A DNA stretch of 64,000 bases from Gemmatimonadales bacterium (GCA_039794085.1 JBDIWC010000006.1:1-64000); one strand, 5' to 3'. Positions 7,968-17,393 are shown, numbered from the stretch's first letter. The notes: generated by a model not told the origin, from the sequence alone. Translations and numbers: made by a program.

Positions 7968-10654
7968 TCGACCGACTTGAATCGGCCCTCGCCGACCGCT
8001 ATTCACTCGTGCGCGAGCTCGGCCAGGGGGGCATGGCCACCGTCTACCTCGCGGAAGACCTCAAACACAAGCGCAAGGTGGCGATCAAGGTCCTCAAGCC
8101 CGAACTCGCCGCCGTCCTCGGCGCCGAGCGCTTCGTGCAGGAGATCACCACCACCGCGGCGCTGCAGCATCCCCACATCCTGCCGCTGTTCGATTCCGGC
8201 ACCGCCGACGGGTTCCTGTTCTATGTCATGCCCTATATCCAGGGCGAGACGCTGCGGAGCAAGCTCGACCGAGAGACCCAGCTCGGCATCGAGGAGGCGG
8301 TCAAGATCACGGTCGAAGTGGCCGACGCCCTGGACTACGCTCACAGCCAGGGTGTGGTGCACCGCGACATCAAGCCCGAGAACATCCTGCTCCACAACGG
8401 CCGCCCGATGGTGGCGGATTTCGGCATCGCCCTGGCGCTGAGCGCCGCGGCCGGCGGCCGGATGACCGAGACCGGCCTCTCGCTTGGCACGCCGCACTAC
8501 ATGAGCCCGGAGCAGGCGACGGCCGAAAAGGAGATCACCGCCCGGAGCGACATCTACTCGTTGGGCAGCGTCCTCTACGAGATGCTCACCGGCAGTCCAC
8601 CGCATGTGGGCGCCTCGGCGCAGCAGATCATCATGAAGATCGTGACCGAGGAGGCCGCTTCCATCACTCGGCTCCGCCGGTCGGTGCCCCCCAATGTCGT
8701 GGCCGCCGTCGCCACGTCCCTGGAAAAGCTCCCCGCGGATCGATTCGAGAGCGCCAAGGCCTTTGCCGAGGCCCTGGCCCATCCCGAGTACCGCGGCACC
8801 ACGACCCTCTCCTCCGCGAGCCAGGGCAGTCGAAGGATGGCGCTCGCAGGATGGGGTGTGGCCGGCCTGCTCTTCGTCGCCCTCGCCTCAACCTGGTTCC
8901 GTCCCGCCCCGCGGGAGCCCGCCACACGCCGCCTCGCGGTTGCTCTGCCCGAGGATGCCGCATACCAGGCACTCGGTACCGCGGAACTGGCTCTCGCTCC
9001 CGACGGGAGCCGGTTCGTCTACGTGGGTGGTCCCTCACTTCGTAATTCGTCCCTGGTGGTGCAGGAGCGGGATCAGATCGGTGGCCGTGCTCTTCCCGGT
9101 ACCGCGGCCGCCATGTCACCGGCCTTCTCACCCGATGGACGCCGCATCGCATTCCGCGACGCCCGCCAGGGCTCCCTGAACGTTCTCTCGCTGGATGGAT
9201 CGTCTCCCGTGACGCTGCGGGCGGCGGAAACCGGCGGGGCCGCGTTTGGAGTGGCCTGGTCCGATGACGGGCACATCTACTACCCCTCCCGGGAGGGGAC
9301 ACGGGGCATTCTCTTTCGCGTGTCCGAAAATGGCGGAACACCGGAACCGATCACGTCGGGTGACAGCACACTGGGCACGGTCAGCCATATCATGCCCTTC
9401 GCCCTCCCCGAAGGGCGCGGGGTCCTCTACACCGATTGGCACGGCCCAACGCGGGGCAACGACAGTTGGATCGTGGCGTGGAACGCCCGGAACCGGCGCA
9501 CTGTCCGGATCATCCAGGGTCTCCAGGCCTGGTATCTGGCACCGGGGTTCCTCCTCGTCCTGCGACCCAACGGCTCCGCCGTGGCGCTGCCGTTCGACAT
9601 CCGGAATCTCGTGGTGACCGGCCCCGAGACAGTGGTGCTCGACCAGATCGCGATCAGTACCGCCGGCACCGCCAATCTCGCCGTGTCGTCCACCGGTCTG
9701 CTGATGTATCGCTCCGGCGCCGCTCAGGCGATCCAGCGGCTCGTGCGCCCTGTCCAAGTGGCCCGATCCGGGGAGGAACGGGTCCTCGATCCGCAGTGGA
9801 CCTATACCCCGGGGTACAATGGGGGCCTCAGCCTTTCGCCAGATGACACCCGCCTCGCGGTCACCATCCATGGCGACCCGGTGGGGGACATCTGGATCAA
9901 GGATGTGGTCCGCGGTCCCCTGACGCGGGTGACCTTCGGCAATTCGATCGTCTACCGGCCGGCCTGGATGCCGGATGGCGCCTCGTTGAGCTACGTGTTC
10001 GAGGAGGGAGCGGCCAGCGGGGTTCTCCGGCGCCAAGCCGATGGCGGGGGAGAGGTGGATACGATCGTCACGTCACCCCACACCATCGCGGAAGCGGTCT
10101 GGTCGGGGGATGGCTCCTGGCTGGTCTACCGGATCACGATCCCGAGCCGCGACATCCATGCCCTCCAGCCGGGAACCGACACCGCCGGCATCCCGGTGGT
10201 GGCGACCCCCGACTTCGATGAACGGGCGCCGACTCTCTCGCCCGATGGCCGGTGGCTGGCCTACCAGTCGGATGAGTCGGGGCGGGACGAGATCTACATC
10301 CGTCCCTTTCCCGAGGCCGGGGCGGGCCGCCGCCAGGTCTCCGTGGCCGGAGGCGCGGAACCCCTGTGGGCTCACAGCGGACGCGAGTTGTTCTATCGGT
10401 CTCCCGAGGGCCGGATGGTCGTGGTGCCGGTGTCCACTTCTCCCGCTCTCGCGACGGGCCGGGCGCAGCCCCTTTTCGCCGACACCGCCTATCTGCGCGC
10501 CCCCAGCTACCGCGGGTACGACGTGACGAGCGATGACCGGGCCTTCGTGATGCTGCGCATGCTCCCGGAGGACACGCGCCGGTCGTCGGGCCAGCTGATC
10601 CTGGTCGAAAACTGGTTCACCGAACTCCGGACCCGCCTGCGGGGACGACCCTGA
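7964..10654 (+). CDS. Membrane Ser/Thr protein kinase with TolB/PD40 beta-propeller
   Basis: Intact VAIK, HRDIKPEN and DFG; TM helix; SPDG repeats; ENWFTEL C-terminus; ATGA overlap with NTase stop. Confidence 0.93.
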   Translation: MIDRLESALADRYSLVRELGQGGMATVYLAEDLKHKRKVAIKVLKPELAAVLGAERFVQEITTTAALQHPHILPLFDSGTADGFLFYVMPYIQGETLRSKLDRETQLGIEEAVKITVEVADALDYAHSQGVVHRDIKPENILLHNGRPMVADFGIALALSAAAGGRMTETGLSLGTPHYMSPEQATAEKEITARSDIYSLGSVLYEMLTGSPPHVGASAQQIIMKIVTEEAASITRLRRSVPPNVVAAVATSLEKLPADRFESAKAFAEALAHPEYRGTTTLSSASQGSRRMALAGWGVAGLLFVALASTWFRPAPREPATRRLAVALPEDAAYQALGTAELALAPDGSRFVYVGGPSLRNSSLVVQERDQIGGRALPGTAAAMSPAFSPDGRRIAFRDARQGSLNVLSLDGSSPVTLRAAETGGAAFGVAWSDDGHIYYPSREGTRGILFRVSENGGTPEPITSGDSTLGTVSHIMPFALPEGRGVLYTDWHGPTRGNDSWIVAWNARNRRTVRIIQGLQAWYLAPGFLLVLRPNGSAVALPFDIRNLVVTGPETVVLDQIAISTAGTANLAVSSTGLLMYRSGAAQAIQRLVRPVQVARSGEERVLDPQWTYTPGYNGGLSLSPDDTRLAVTIHGDPVGDIWIKDVVRGPLTRVTFGNSIVYRPAWMPDGASLSYVFEEGAASGVLRRQADGGGEVDTIVTSPHTIAEAVWSGDGSWLVYRITIPSRDIHALQPGTDTAGIPVVATPDFDERAPTLSPDGRWLAYQSDESGRDEIYIRPFPEAGAGRRQVSVAGGAEPLWAHSGRELFYRSPEGRMVVVPVSTSPALATGRAQPLFADTAYLRAPSYRGYDVTSDDRAFVMLRMLPEDTRRSSGQLILVENWFTELRTRLRGRP

Positions 10655-10726
10655 GGCCCGCCCTGCGACTTGCCGTCGTGTCGAACCATCAGGAACAACT
10701 CGCGAAATTGACGGACAGCCCATGCC

Positions 10727-10828
10727 CGTCATTCCCGCGCACGCGGGAATCCATTCTCCTCCTCCAGCCCTCATGGCCATGGATCCCCGCTCCCCGATTT
10801 CGCGGGGACAAGCTTCCCGGGGGTGACG
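10727..10828. repeat. REP-like palindromic doublet (GTCATTCCCGC...GCGGGAATCCA)
   Basis: Two imperfect inverted arms; homologous arms at 35553-35578 and 35907-35952. Confidence 0.75.
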
Positions 10829-10859
10829 TTGGGCCAGAGATTCCTTGGGTTCCACTGAT

Positions 10860-11063
10860 ATGAGCCACCCACGCCACGACTGGCCGATCCGGATCTTCCC
10901 CCTGGACCAGGAGCCGAGTGGCGATCTGTCCGCCACGACCACCATCGAGGAGCGCTTGGCGCTCGTGACAATGCTCTCGGGAGCGCGGGTGGAAGCTCAC
11001 GGGGAAGCCCTTTCCAGCATATTCCCGCTCCACGATGCCGGGACGGGTCATCCGACGGCATGA
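10860..11063 (+). pseudogene. Orphan or degenerate small protein of the type found upstream of nucleotidyltransferases
   Basis: WPIRIFPLDQEPSGDLSATTTIEERLA resembles such partner proteins (from recall); no partner gene follows. Confidence 0.4.
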
Positions 11064-11070
11064 ATGACGA

Positions 11071-11105
11071 TTCATTGATCATTGTTCATTGTTCATTGGT
11101 CATTA
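11071..11105. repeat. Heptamer tandem repeat (TTCATTG)
   Basis: ttcattg atcattg ttcattg ttcattg gtcatta. Confidence 0.7.
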
Positions 11106-11115
11106 TTCTTTCCTG

Positions 11116-12165
11116 ATGCCCACGCCTCCTCCCTCCGCACCTCCCGGTCGCCTGAGCGACCTTCGTGTCCGCCGCTTCGAGCCGCTGGCCACCCCCTCCG
11201 AGGTGGTGGCCGACATTCCGATCACCGACCCTGCCGCGGCCACGGTCGTGGCCGGGCGTCAGGAGATCCGCGACGCCCTCACCGGTCGCGACCCTCGGCT
11301 CGTGGTCATCGTCGGCCCCTGCTCCATTCACGAGCCCACAAGTGCGCTGGAGTATGCTGAACGGCTGGCGCGGGCGCGGAACGCCTGCCAGGACCGGCTG
11401 ATCGTGGTGATGCGGGCCTATTTCGAGAAACCCCGGACCACCGTCGGGTGGAAGGGTCTCATCTACGATCCAGCCCGGGATGAGAGTTACGACGTGAACC
11501 GCGGGCTCCGCGAGGCTCGGCGGATCCTGCGGGAGATCAACGCCCTCGGGCTCCCCTGCGCCACCGAGTTTCTCGATCCCATCGTTCCCCAGTACACAGC
11601 GGATCTCGTGTCGTGGGCCGCGATCGGGGCACGCACCACCGAGAGCCAGACCCATCGGCAGATGGCGAGCGGCCTCTCCATGCCGGTCGGGTTCAAGAAC
11701 GCCACCGATGGAAGCCTGCGCCCTGCCCTCGACGCCATGACCGCCGCCCGCACGGCGCAGGCATTCCTGGGGATCGACCCGGAGGGACAGACCAGCATCG
11801 TCCGCACCGACGGGAACCCCGATGTTCATCTGGTCCTCCGGGGCGGCGCCTCGGGGCCGAACTACGACCGCGAGGCGGTGTCGGAGGCCCGCGCCCTGCT
11901 GGATCAGGCGTGCCCATTCCCCCGGGCCATTCTGGTGGACTGCAGCCACGACAACAGCGGGAAGGATTACCGGCGGCAACCCGCGGTCTTCGCCGAGCTT
12001 GCGGGGAGAGTGCGTGAGGGCGAGGACGGCATCCTGGGCCTGATGCTGGAGAGCCACCTGGTGGAGGGTCGCCAGGCGATCGGGCCGGACCTGGTGCACG
12101 GCCAATCGATCACCGACGGGTGCATCGGCTGGGAACAGACCGAGGATCTGCTTCGCGCTCCCTAA
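11116..12165 (+). CDS. aroF: 3-deoxy-7-phosphoheptulonate (DAHP) synthase, class I
   Basis: GPCSIH, RAYFEKPRTTVGWKGL, IGARTTESQTHR, DCSH.NS and SITDGC motifs; feedback specificity cannot be assigned. Confidence 0.93.
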   Translation: MPTPPPSAPPGRLSDLRVRRFEPLATPSEVVADIPITDPAAATVVAGRQEIRDALTGRDPRLVVIVGPCSIHEPTSALEYAERLARARNACQDRLIVVMRAYFEKPRTTVGWKGLIYDPARDESYDVNRGLREARRILREINALGLPCATEFLDPIVPQYTADLVSWAAIGARTTESQTHRQMASGLSMPVGFKNATDGSLRPALDAMTAARTAQAFLGIDPEGQTSIVRTDGNPDVHLVLRGGASGPNYDREAVSEARALLDQACPFPRAILVDCSHDNSGKDYRRQPAVFAELAGRVREGEDGILGLMLESHLVEGRQAIGPDLVHGQSITDGCIGWEQTEDLLRAP

Positions 12166-12189
12166 CCACCCTCACCCCCTGCGGGGTGT

Positions 12190-12259
12190 GAAGTTCGAAG
12201 TGTGAAGTCTGACGTGTGACTTCCTCCTTCAAGCCTCAAACTTCCTCCTTCAAACTTCC
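12190..12259. repeat. Inverted heptamer arrays (GAAGTNN x4 / AACTTCC-type x6)
   Basis: Purine-rich arm followed by a roughly complementary arm, flanked by CCCTCACCCCC and GGGAGAGGGG REP-like halves. Confidence 0.6.
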
Positions 12260-12446
12260 TTGTGGGAGAGGGGTCAGGGGGGCCTGTACGGCCTGGCCCG
12301 TGCCGCCCGGGCGTCCGGTTTCCGCGTCGTCGGTGTCTGACACGGCGGACCCCTCCCGCGACCAGTCGCCAGCTTCGGCCCAGTCATCGACACGCTCCAT
12401 TATTATCCTTCCTTCCTCGCGTCTCTCCACCCGGCCAGCCGACGAC

Positions 12447-13613
12447 ATGACCCGACTCCTTCGCACCATCCTCGTCACGCTCCTGGTTCTGGCCCCGCAG
12501 CTTCCGGCCCAGGATCGCTACTTCCCGCCCCGCGGCTCGTGGGAACACCGCGCCCCCGCCGAGCTCGGGCTCGACGCCGCGGCACTCGACTCGGCGCGCG
12601 CCTTCGCCATTCGCAGCGAGTCCCGGTCGCCCCGTGACCAGGCCGTCGGCCAGCAGCAGTCGTTCGGGCGGCGGGAACCGATGGCCGACATCATCGGCCG
12701 AATGAAGGACCGGGGGGATCCCAGCGGCCTGGTGATTTACCGCGGCAAGGTGGTGGCCGAGTGGGGCCCGGTGGACCGGGTCGACATGACCCACAGCGTC
12801 ACCAAGACCTTTCTCTCCACGGTGGTGGGCATCGCCTGGCGCGATGGGCTCCTCCGGAGCGTCACCGATTCCGTGCGTCCCTCCATGCCCGCCGGAGTCG
12901 ACCTCTTCGACGCTCCCCACAACCAGGGCATCACCTGGGACCACATGCTCCGACAATCCAGCGACTGGCAGGGCACCCTCTGGGACAAGCCCGACTGGGC
13001 CGATCGTCCCGAAGGACCCCGGGAGGAGTGGGAAAATCGGAAGCTCTCCGAGCCCGGGACCCGCTACAAGTACAACGACGTCCGGGTGAACGCGCTCGCT
13101 CTCGCCACCCTCCAGGTTCTCCGACGCCCTCTTCCCGCCGTGCTCCGGGACGAGGTCATGAACCCCATCGGGGCCTCCAGCACCTGGCGCTGGGAAGGGT
13201 ATGAGAATTCCTGGGTGGAGATCGACGGGCTCCGGGTCCAGTCGGTGTCGGGCGGAGGGCACTGGGGAGGGGGGATGTTCATCAACGCGTGGGACATGGC
13301 CCGTCTCGGCTATCTCTACCTGCGGAACGGCCGCTGGAACGACCGCCAGATCGTTCCCCTCGAATGGATCACCATGGCGAGTACCCCGGGACCGGCCAAT
13401 CCGGGGTACGGATACATGAACTGGTTCCTCAACACCGGTCAGAAGATGCTTCCTTCCGCACCAGAGCGGGCCGTCGCCTTCCTCGGCAACGGCACCAACG
13501 CGATCTACGTGGACTGGGACAATGACCTCGTCATCGTGGTGCGGTGGCTCGGAGGGGGCAATCCCGCACTCGATGGCGTGGTGAGCCGGGTGCTGGCCGC
13601 CCTGCCGAAGTAG
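12447..13613 (+). CDS. Secreted serine hydrolase (beta-lactamase class C-like)
   Basis: Signal peptide MTRLLRTILVTLLVLA; SVTK (SxxK), YND and GGHWGGG. Confidence 0.85.
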   Translation: MTRLLRTILVTLLVLAPQLPAQDRYFPPRGSWEHRAPAELGLDAAALDSARAFAIRSESRSPRDQAVGQQQSFGRREPMADIIGRMKDRGDPSGLVIYRGKVVAEWGPVDRVDMTHSVTKTFLSTVVGIAWRDGLLRSVTDSVRPSMPAGVDLFDAPHNQGITWDHMLRQSSDWQGTLWDKPDWADRPEGPREEWENRKLSEPGTRYKYNDVRVNALALATLQVLRRPLPAVLRDEVMNPIGASSTWRWEGYENSWVEIDGLRVQSVSGGGHWGGGMFINAWDMARLGYLYLRNGRWNDRQIVPLEWITMASTPGPANPGYGYMNWFLNTGQKMLPSAPERAVAFLGNGTNAIYVDWDNDLVIVVRWLGGGNPALDGVVSRVLAALPK

Positions 13614-13629
13614 GCCTGGGCAAACCTCC

Positions 13630-13657
13630 TTGACCCGGCGAGGCAATCTGTTACCAT
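13630..13657 (+). promoter_or_regulatory. Leaderless promoter with extended -10
   Basis: TTGACC-16-TACCAT preceded by TGn; ATG 6 nt downstream; CATGAC repeats overlap the start. Confidence 0.6.
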
Positions 13658-13663
13658 GACATC

Positions 13664-13984
13664 ATGAACAAGCGTCATGACAGCAACGCATCTGGTCGGC
13701 GCACCAACCGGGGCGCCGAGCCGGTGCAGGTTTACCTGGAGGCCCCCGACCGGGAGCGCCTGAACCGCTTGACCGCCGAATTGGATGCCACCAAGTCGGA
13801 CGTGCTCCGGCGGGGACTGGCGGCTCTCGAATCCCTCACCCAGCGCCATTCCGCATCCCGGGCAGCGGGGGCCTCCCCCCTTCCCCTTCCGACCTTCCGA
13901 GGGGAGGGGCTCCAACCGGGGGTTGACCTCGATGACACGGCGAGTCTCCTCGACCTCATGACTGAGGGCGATGCGCCTGGTTGA
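13664..13984 (+). CDS. RHH/CopG antitoxin
   Basis: PVQVYL...TKSDVLRRGL; C-terminal LPTFRGEGLQPGVDLDD of VapB type. Confidence 0.82.
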   Translation: MNKRHDSNASGRRTNRGAEPVQVYLEAPDRERLNRLTAELDATKSDVLRRGLAALESLTQRHSASRAAGASPLPLPTFRGEGLQPGVDLDDTASLLDLMTEGDAPG

Positions 13985-14402
13985 TGTGAACGTCCTCGTG
14001 TATGCCTTCCGCGAGGATGCCCCGGGCCACGTGGAATACCGCGCCTGGCTCGAAGGGCTGATCTCTTCGGACGAGGCGTACGCCGTCTCCGATCATGTGC
14101 TGGCGGGATTCCTTCGGATTGTGACGCATCCTCGGATCTTCCACCCTCCGGCGCCACTCGAGCTGGCGATCGCCTTCGCCACCGCCTTCCGCGACGCACC
14201 CAACGCCGTTCCGGTGTTCCCGCGGGCCCGGCATTGGGAGATCTTTTGCCGACTGCTCCGGCAGGCGGGGGCCCGGGGCAACCTGGTTCCGGATGCGTGG
14301 CTCGCCGCCCTCGCCCTCGAGCAGGGATGCGAGTTCATCACCACGGACCGGGACTTCGCGCGCTTCCCCACCCTGCGGTGGCGTCACCCGCTCACGGGGT
14401 GA
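13971..14402 (+). CDS. vapC: VapC PIN-domain toxin
   Basis: LVDVNVLVYA...FLRIVTHP...GNLVPDAWLAALA...TTDRDF. Confidence 0.92.
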   Translation: MRLVDVNVLVYAFREDAPGHVEYRAWLEGLISSDEAYAVSDHVLAGFLRIVTHPRIFHPPAPLELAIAFATAFRDAPNAVPVFPRARHWEIFCRLLRQAGARGNLVPDAWLAALALEQGCEFITTDRDFARFPTLRWRHPLTG

Positions 14403-14589
14403 GGGAGACGCCTCGGACGGGGAGCCCCTGATCAAACGGACGGAGGACCAATCCGGCCAAATTATTAATAAGAGGTGATGCCACCTTCGCGGTGATGCTT
14501 TCGGGGCTCATCCGGGTTCGTGTAGGTGAGGGTGTGTGAGCGGAACTTCAACCCGCCGTTTCCCGGGGCTCTTCGGCCTTCTTGGGGGG

Positions 14590-14892
14590 GATTCTGGACT
14601 GAGTGGGGGGGCTCCGGTGGCCAGGCGGGCGGGGGAATAGCCACAAGAGGCACAAGAGGCACAAGAAACACGAGATCGAGGAGGGTGGCTCCGCCTCCAC
14701 CACACCGACTCCACCCGGGACCGGCCTGGGCAGGATTCCATCTGAGTCATCCGTGCCATCCGCAGTCTCTTCCCAAGGAGGTGTGGCGTTCCGGTCGGCG
14801 GCTTTGTGCCTTTTGTGCTTTTGTGGTTGGCTTTCGGGGTGAGGGGAAGCGCTCGGGCTGAACACGAGCCCATGCCAAAGCCTGAAGAGCCT
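14590..14892 (+). repeat. Dispersed composite non-coding element (CACAAGAGG arms), copy A
   Basis: GCCACAAGAGGCACAAGAGGCACAAG ... CTTTGTGCCTTTTGTGCTTTTGTGG; flanks align by eye with the reverse complement of 35583-35800. Confidence 0.7.
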
Positions 14893-14982
14893 CCATTCTG
14901 AGGGCCGTGTGCGGACGGCCCTGATCGCCCGTAACGGTTTCTCCGTATACCTTTCCCCCGACCCCGCATATGGAGCCCTGCC

Positions 14983-16305
14983 ATGACCCTCTCCCGCCGC
15001 TCGTTCCTGGGAACGGCTGGCGTCGCCGGCCTTGCCCTCGCCTCGGCGCGCTGTGCCCCCGCTCCGGACGCCCGCGATTCCACCCCTCTTCCCCCGCTCG
15101 ACCGTCCCACCGGTTCACCGGAAGCCGTCGCCCGGGACGAGGCCTACTGGCGGCGCGTCGCGGCCCACTACCGGGTGTCCTCCGAGATCACCAACCTGGA
15201 GGCGGGCTATTTCGGCATGATGGCGGCGCCGGTGCTGGCGGAGTATCACCGGCAGATCGACCGGGTCAACCTCGAGAGTTCCCGGTACGCCCGCGGGGCG
15301 TGGGGAGAGGAATCCGCCGGGGCCCGCGAGCGTCTGGCCGGTTTTCTCGGAGCCGCACCGGAGGAGCTGGTGTTCACCCGCAACGCGACCGAGGCGCTCC
15401 AGCGTCTCATCGTGCAGTACAACAAGCTGGCCCCCGGGGATCAGGTGATGTGCGCCGACCTGGACTACGGGGCGATGCAGTTCGCCATGGATGCCCTCGC
15501 CGAGCTTCGGGGTGTCACGGTGGTACGGATCGAGTTTCCGGAACCGGCCACCCGGGACGCCGTCGTGGAGATGTACGCCGAGGCGCTCCGGACTCACCCC
15601 CGGGTTCGGCTGCTCCTCCTCACCCATCTCAACAACAAGACCGGCCTGATCATCCCGACCCGGGAGATCGTGGCGATGGCCCGGGAGCGGGGGGCCGACA
15701 CCATCGTCGACGCCGCCCACTCCTTCGGTCAGTGCGACCTGACGCTCCGGGACATCGGCGCCGATTTCGTGGGCCTGAACCTGCACAAGTGGCTCGGCGC
15801 CCCGATCGGTGTCGGAGCGATGTACATCAAGGCCGATCGCCTGCCGGACATCGACCGGATGCTGGGGGACGACGGACCCCTCGACCGGATCGAGAGCCGG
15901 ATGCACACCGGCACCGCCAACTTCGCCACCTATCTGACAGTTCCCGCTGCCCTGGCCTTTCATGAGTCGGTGGGGCCGGCGTACAAGGCGGCCCGGGTGC
16001 GCCACCTCCGCGACCTCTGGGTCGGGGCCGTGCGCGGAACGCCGGGCATCGACCTTCTGACTCCGGACGATGCGGATCTCGTGGCCGCCATCACCTCGTT
16101 CCGGCTTCACGGCCGGACCGGGAAGGAGGAGAACCAGGCGATCGTGAGGGAGCTGTTCGAACAGCACCGGCTCTTCACGGTGTGGCGCACGGGACTCTCC
16201 CGGGGGGATTGCGTACGGGTGACCCCGGCCCTCTACAACACCCCGGCAGATGCCGAGCGTCTCGCCGTGGCGCTCCGGGGAATGGCTGGTCGAGGGGCCG
16301 TGTAG
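14983..16305 (+). CDS. Tat-exported class V PLP aminotransferase (isopenicillin epimerase-like)
   Basis: SRRSFL twin-arginine motif; TRNATEA, DAAHS and NLHKWL (PLP lysine). Confidence 0.88.
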   Translation: MTLSRRSFLGTAGVAGLALASARCAPAPDARDSTPLPPLDRPTGSPEAVARDEAYWRRVAAHYRVSSEITNLEAGYFGMMAAPVLAEYHRQIDRVNLESSRYARGAWGEESAGARERLAGFLGAAPEELVFTRNATEALQRLIVQYNKLAPGDQVMCADLDYGAMQFAMDALAELRGVTVVRIEFPEPATRDAVVEMYAEALRTHPRVRLLLLTHLNNKTGLIIPTREIVAMARERGADTIVDAAHSFGQCDLTLRDIGADFVGLNLHKWLGAPIGVGAMYIKADRLPDIDRMLGDDGPLDRIESRMHTGTANFATYLTVPAALAFHESVGPAYKAARVRHLRDLWVGAVRGTPGIDLLTPDDADLVAAITSFRLHGRTGKEENQAIVRELFEQHRLFTVWRTGLSRGDCVRVTPALYNTPADAERLAVALRGMAGRGAV

Positions 16306-16458
16306 TCCCTCACGGACAGGATCGGACACAAGACGGCAACGATTTTTTGGGAGACGCCCGGAAACCCTCACGGGCAGTCTGTTTGCCGGCGCATGGGAAG
16401 GCATCCAACTTGAGGCATCTGGTGCATTCGCGTCGCGGAGCGCCGTGACCAGGCGATT

Positions 16459-16514
16459 GGTGTTTCCCGGGGCTGACGCCCCTTGCTCGGCCCGGGGAGG
16501 TGGCTCGCGCCACC
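16459..16514 (+). repeat. 56-bp dispersed palindromic repeat, copy 1
   Basis: 51/56 identical to 25406-25461 by manual alignment. Confidence 0.8.
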
Positions 16515-16657
16515 AAAAACAGCGACGACACCGGCCGTGTGAACGGCCTCCCGCCGCCGAGCCCGGGGCGAAAGCCCCGGGGAACCCCTGCGAAACGCCG
16601 ACGCGCCTCTCTGGTTCCGGCTCTGCCGGCTCAGGGGATCTGTAATCGATCGCCACC

Positions 16658-16697
16658 TTGTGCAGGTAATACGAATGTGTTACCGTGTGTAACACAT
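16658..16697 (+). promoter_or_regulatory. TA promoter with operator inverted repeat
   Basis: TTGTGC-17-TACCGT; ATGTGTTAC-N5-GTAACACAT perfect 9-bp inverted repeat overlapping -10 and the start codon. Confidence 0.7.
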
Positions 16698-16986
16698 GGC
16701 AGACGAACACCTGACCCTCCGGCTCCCCACCCACCTCGCCCGGGCCCTGACCCGATGGGCCGACGCGCGCGACCTCCCCAAGTCCCGGGTGGTTCGGGAA
16801 GCGATCGCCCGGTACCTCGACGCGCCCACCGGAGGAGACCGGGGACCAGCCGGCTTGACCGCCCGAACCCTGGGCCAACGGTGGGCGGCACTCCCGCGAC
16901 TCCATCCGGACGAAGCCGCCAACTTCGCCGACGATCTCTCCGCGAGCGCCGCCGAGATGCCACCACCGTCCCCGCCGTGGGAGTGA
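16696..16986 (+). CDS. RHH antitoxin
   Basis: LTLRLP...KSRVVREAIARYL; GTGA overlap with PIN gene. Confidence 0.82.
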   Translation: MADEHLTLRLPTHLARALTRWADARDLPKSRVVREAIARYLDAPTGGDRGPAGLTARTLGQRWAALPRLHPDEAANFADDLSASAAEMPPPSPPWE

Positions 16987-17393
16987 TTCTCGACACCTCG
17001 GTTCTCCTCGCGGCCGAGCGTGGTGCCCTCCGCTTTGAAGCGATGCTGGAAGAGTTGGGTGATGTCGGGGTAGGCATGGCGGCGGTCACAGCCTCCGAGC
17101 TGCTGCACGGTTGCCTCCGGGCCGCTCACCCTGGCGTTCGAGCCCGTCGGTTCGCCTTTGTGGAGGGTCTGCTCGATACCATCCCGGTCCTTCCCTTCAG
17201 TCTGGCGGACGCCCGGCAACATGCGCAGGTCTGGGCTCATCTTGCGCCAGCCGGTTCTTTGATCGGGGCTCACGATCTGTTGATTGCCGCCACCGCCCTG
17301 GCTCGGGGCCACCGGGTGGCCACCCTCAACCGGCGCGAGTTCGGCCGGGTTCCCGGTCTGCACCTGGTCCCGCTGGGGCCTTTTCTTTCCTGA
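16983..17393 (+). CDS. vapC: VapC PIN-domain toxin
   Basis: ILDTSVL...SELLHG...IGAHDLLIAATA...TLNRREF. Confidence 0.9.
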   Translation: MILDTSVLLAAERGALRFEAMLEELGDVGVGMAAVTASELLHGCLRAAHPGVRARRFAFVEGLLDTIPVLPFSLADARQHAQVWAHLAPAGSLIGAHDLLIAATALARGHRVATLNRREFGRVPGLHLVPLGPFLS

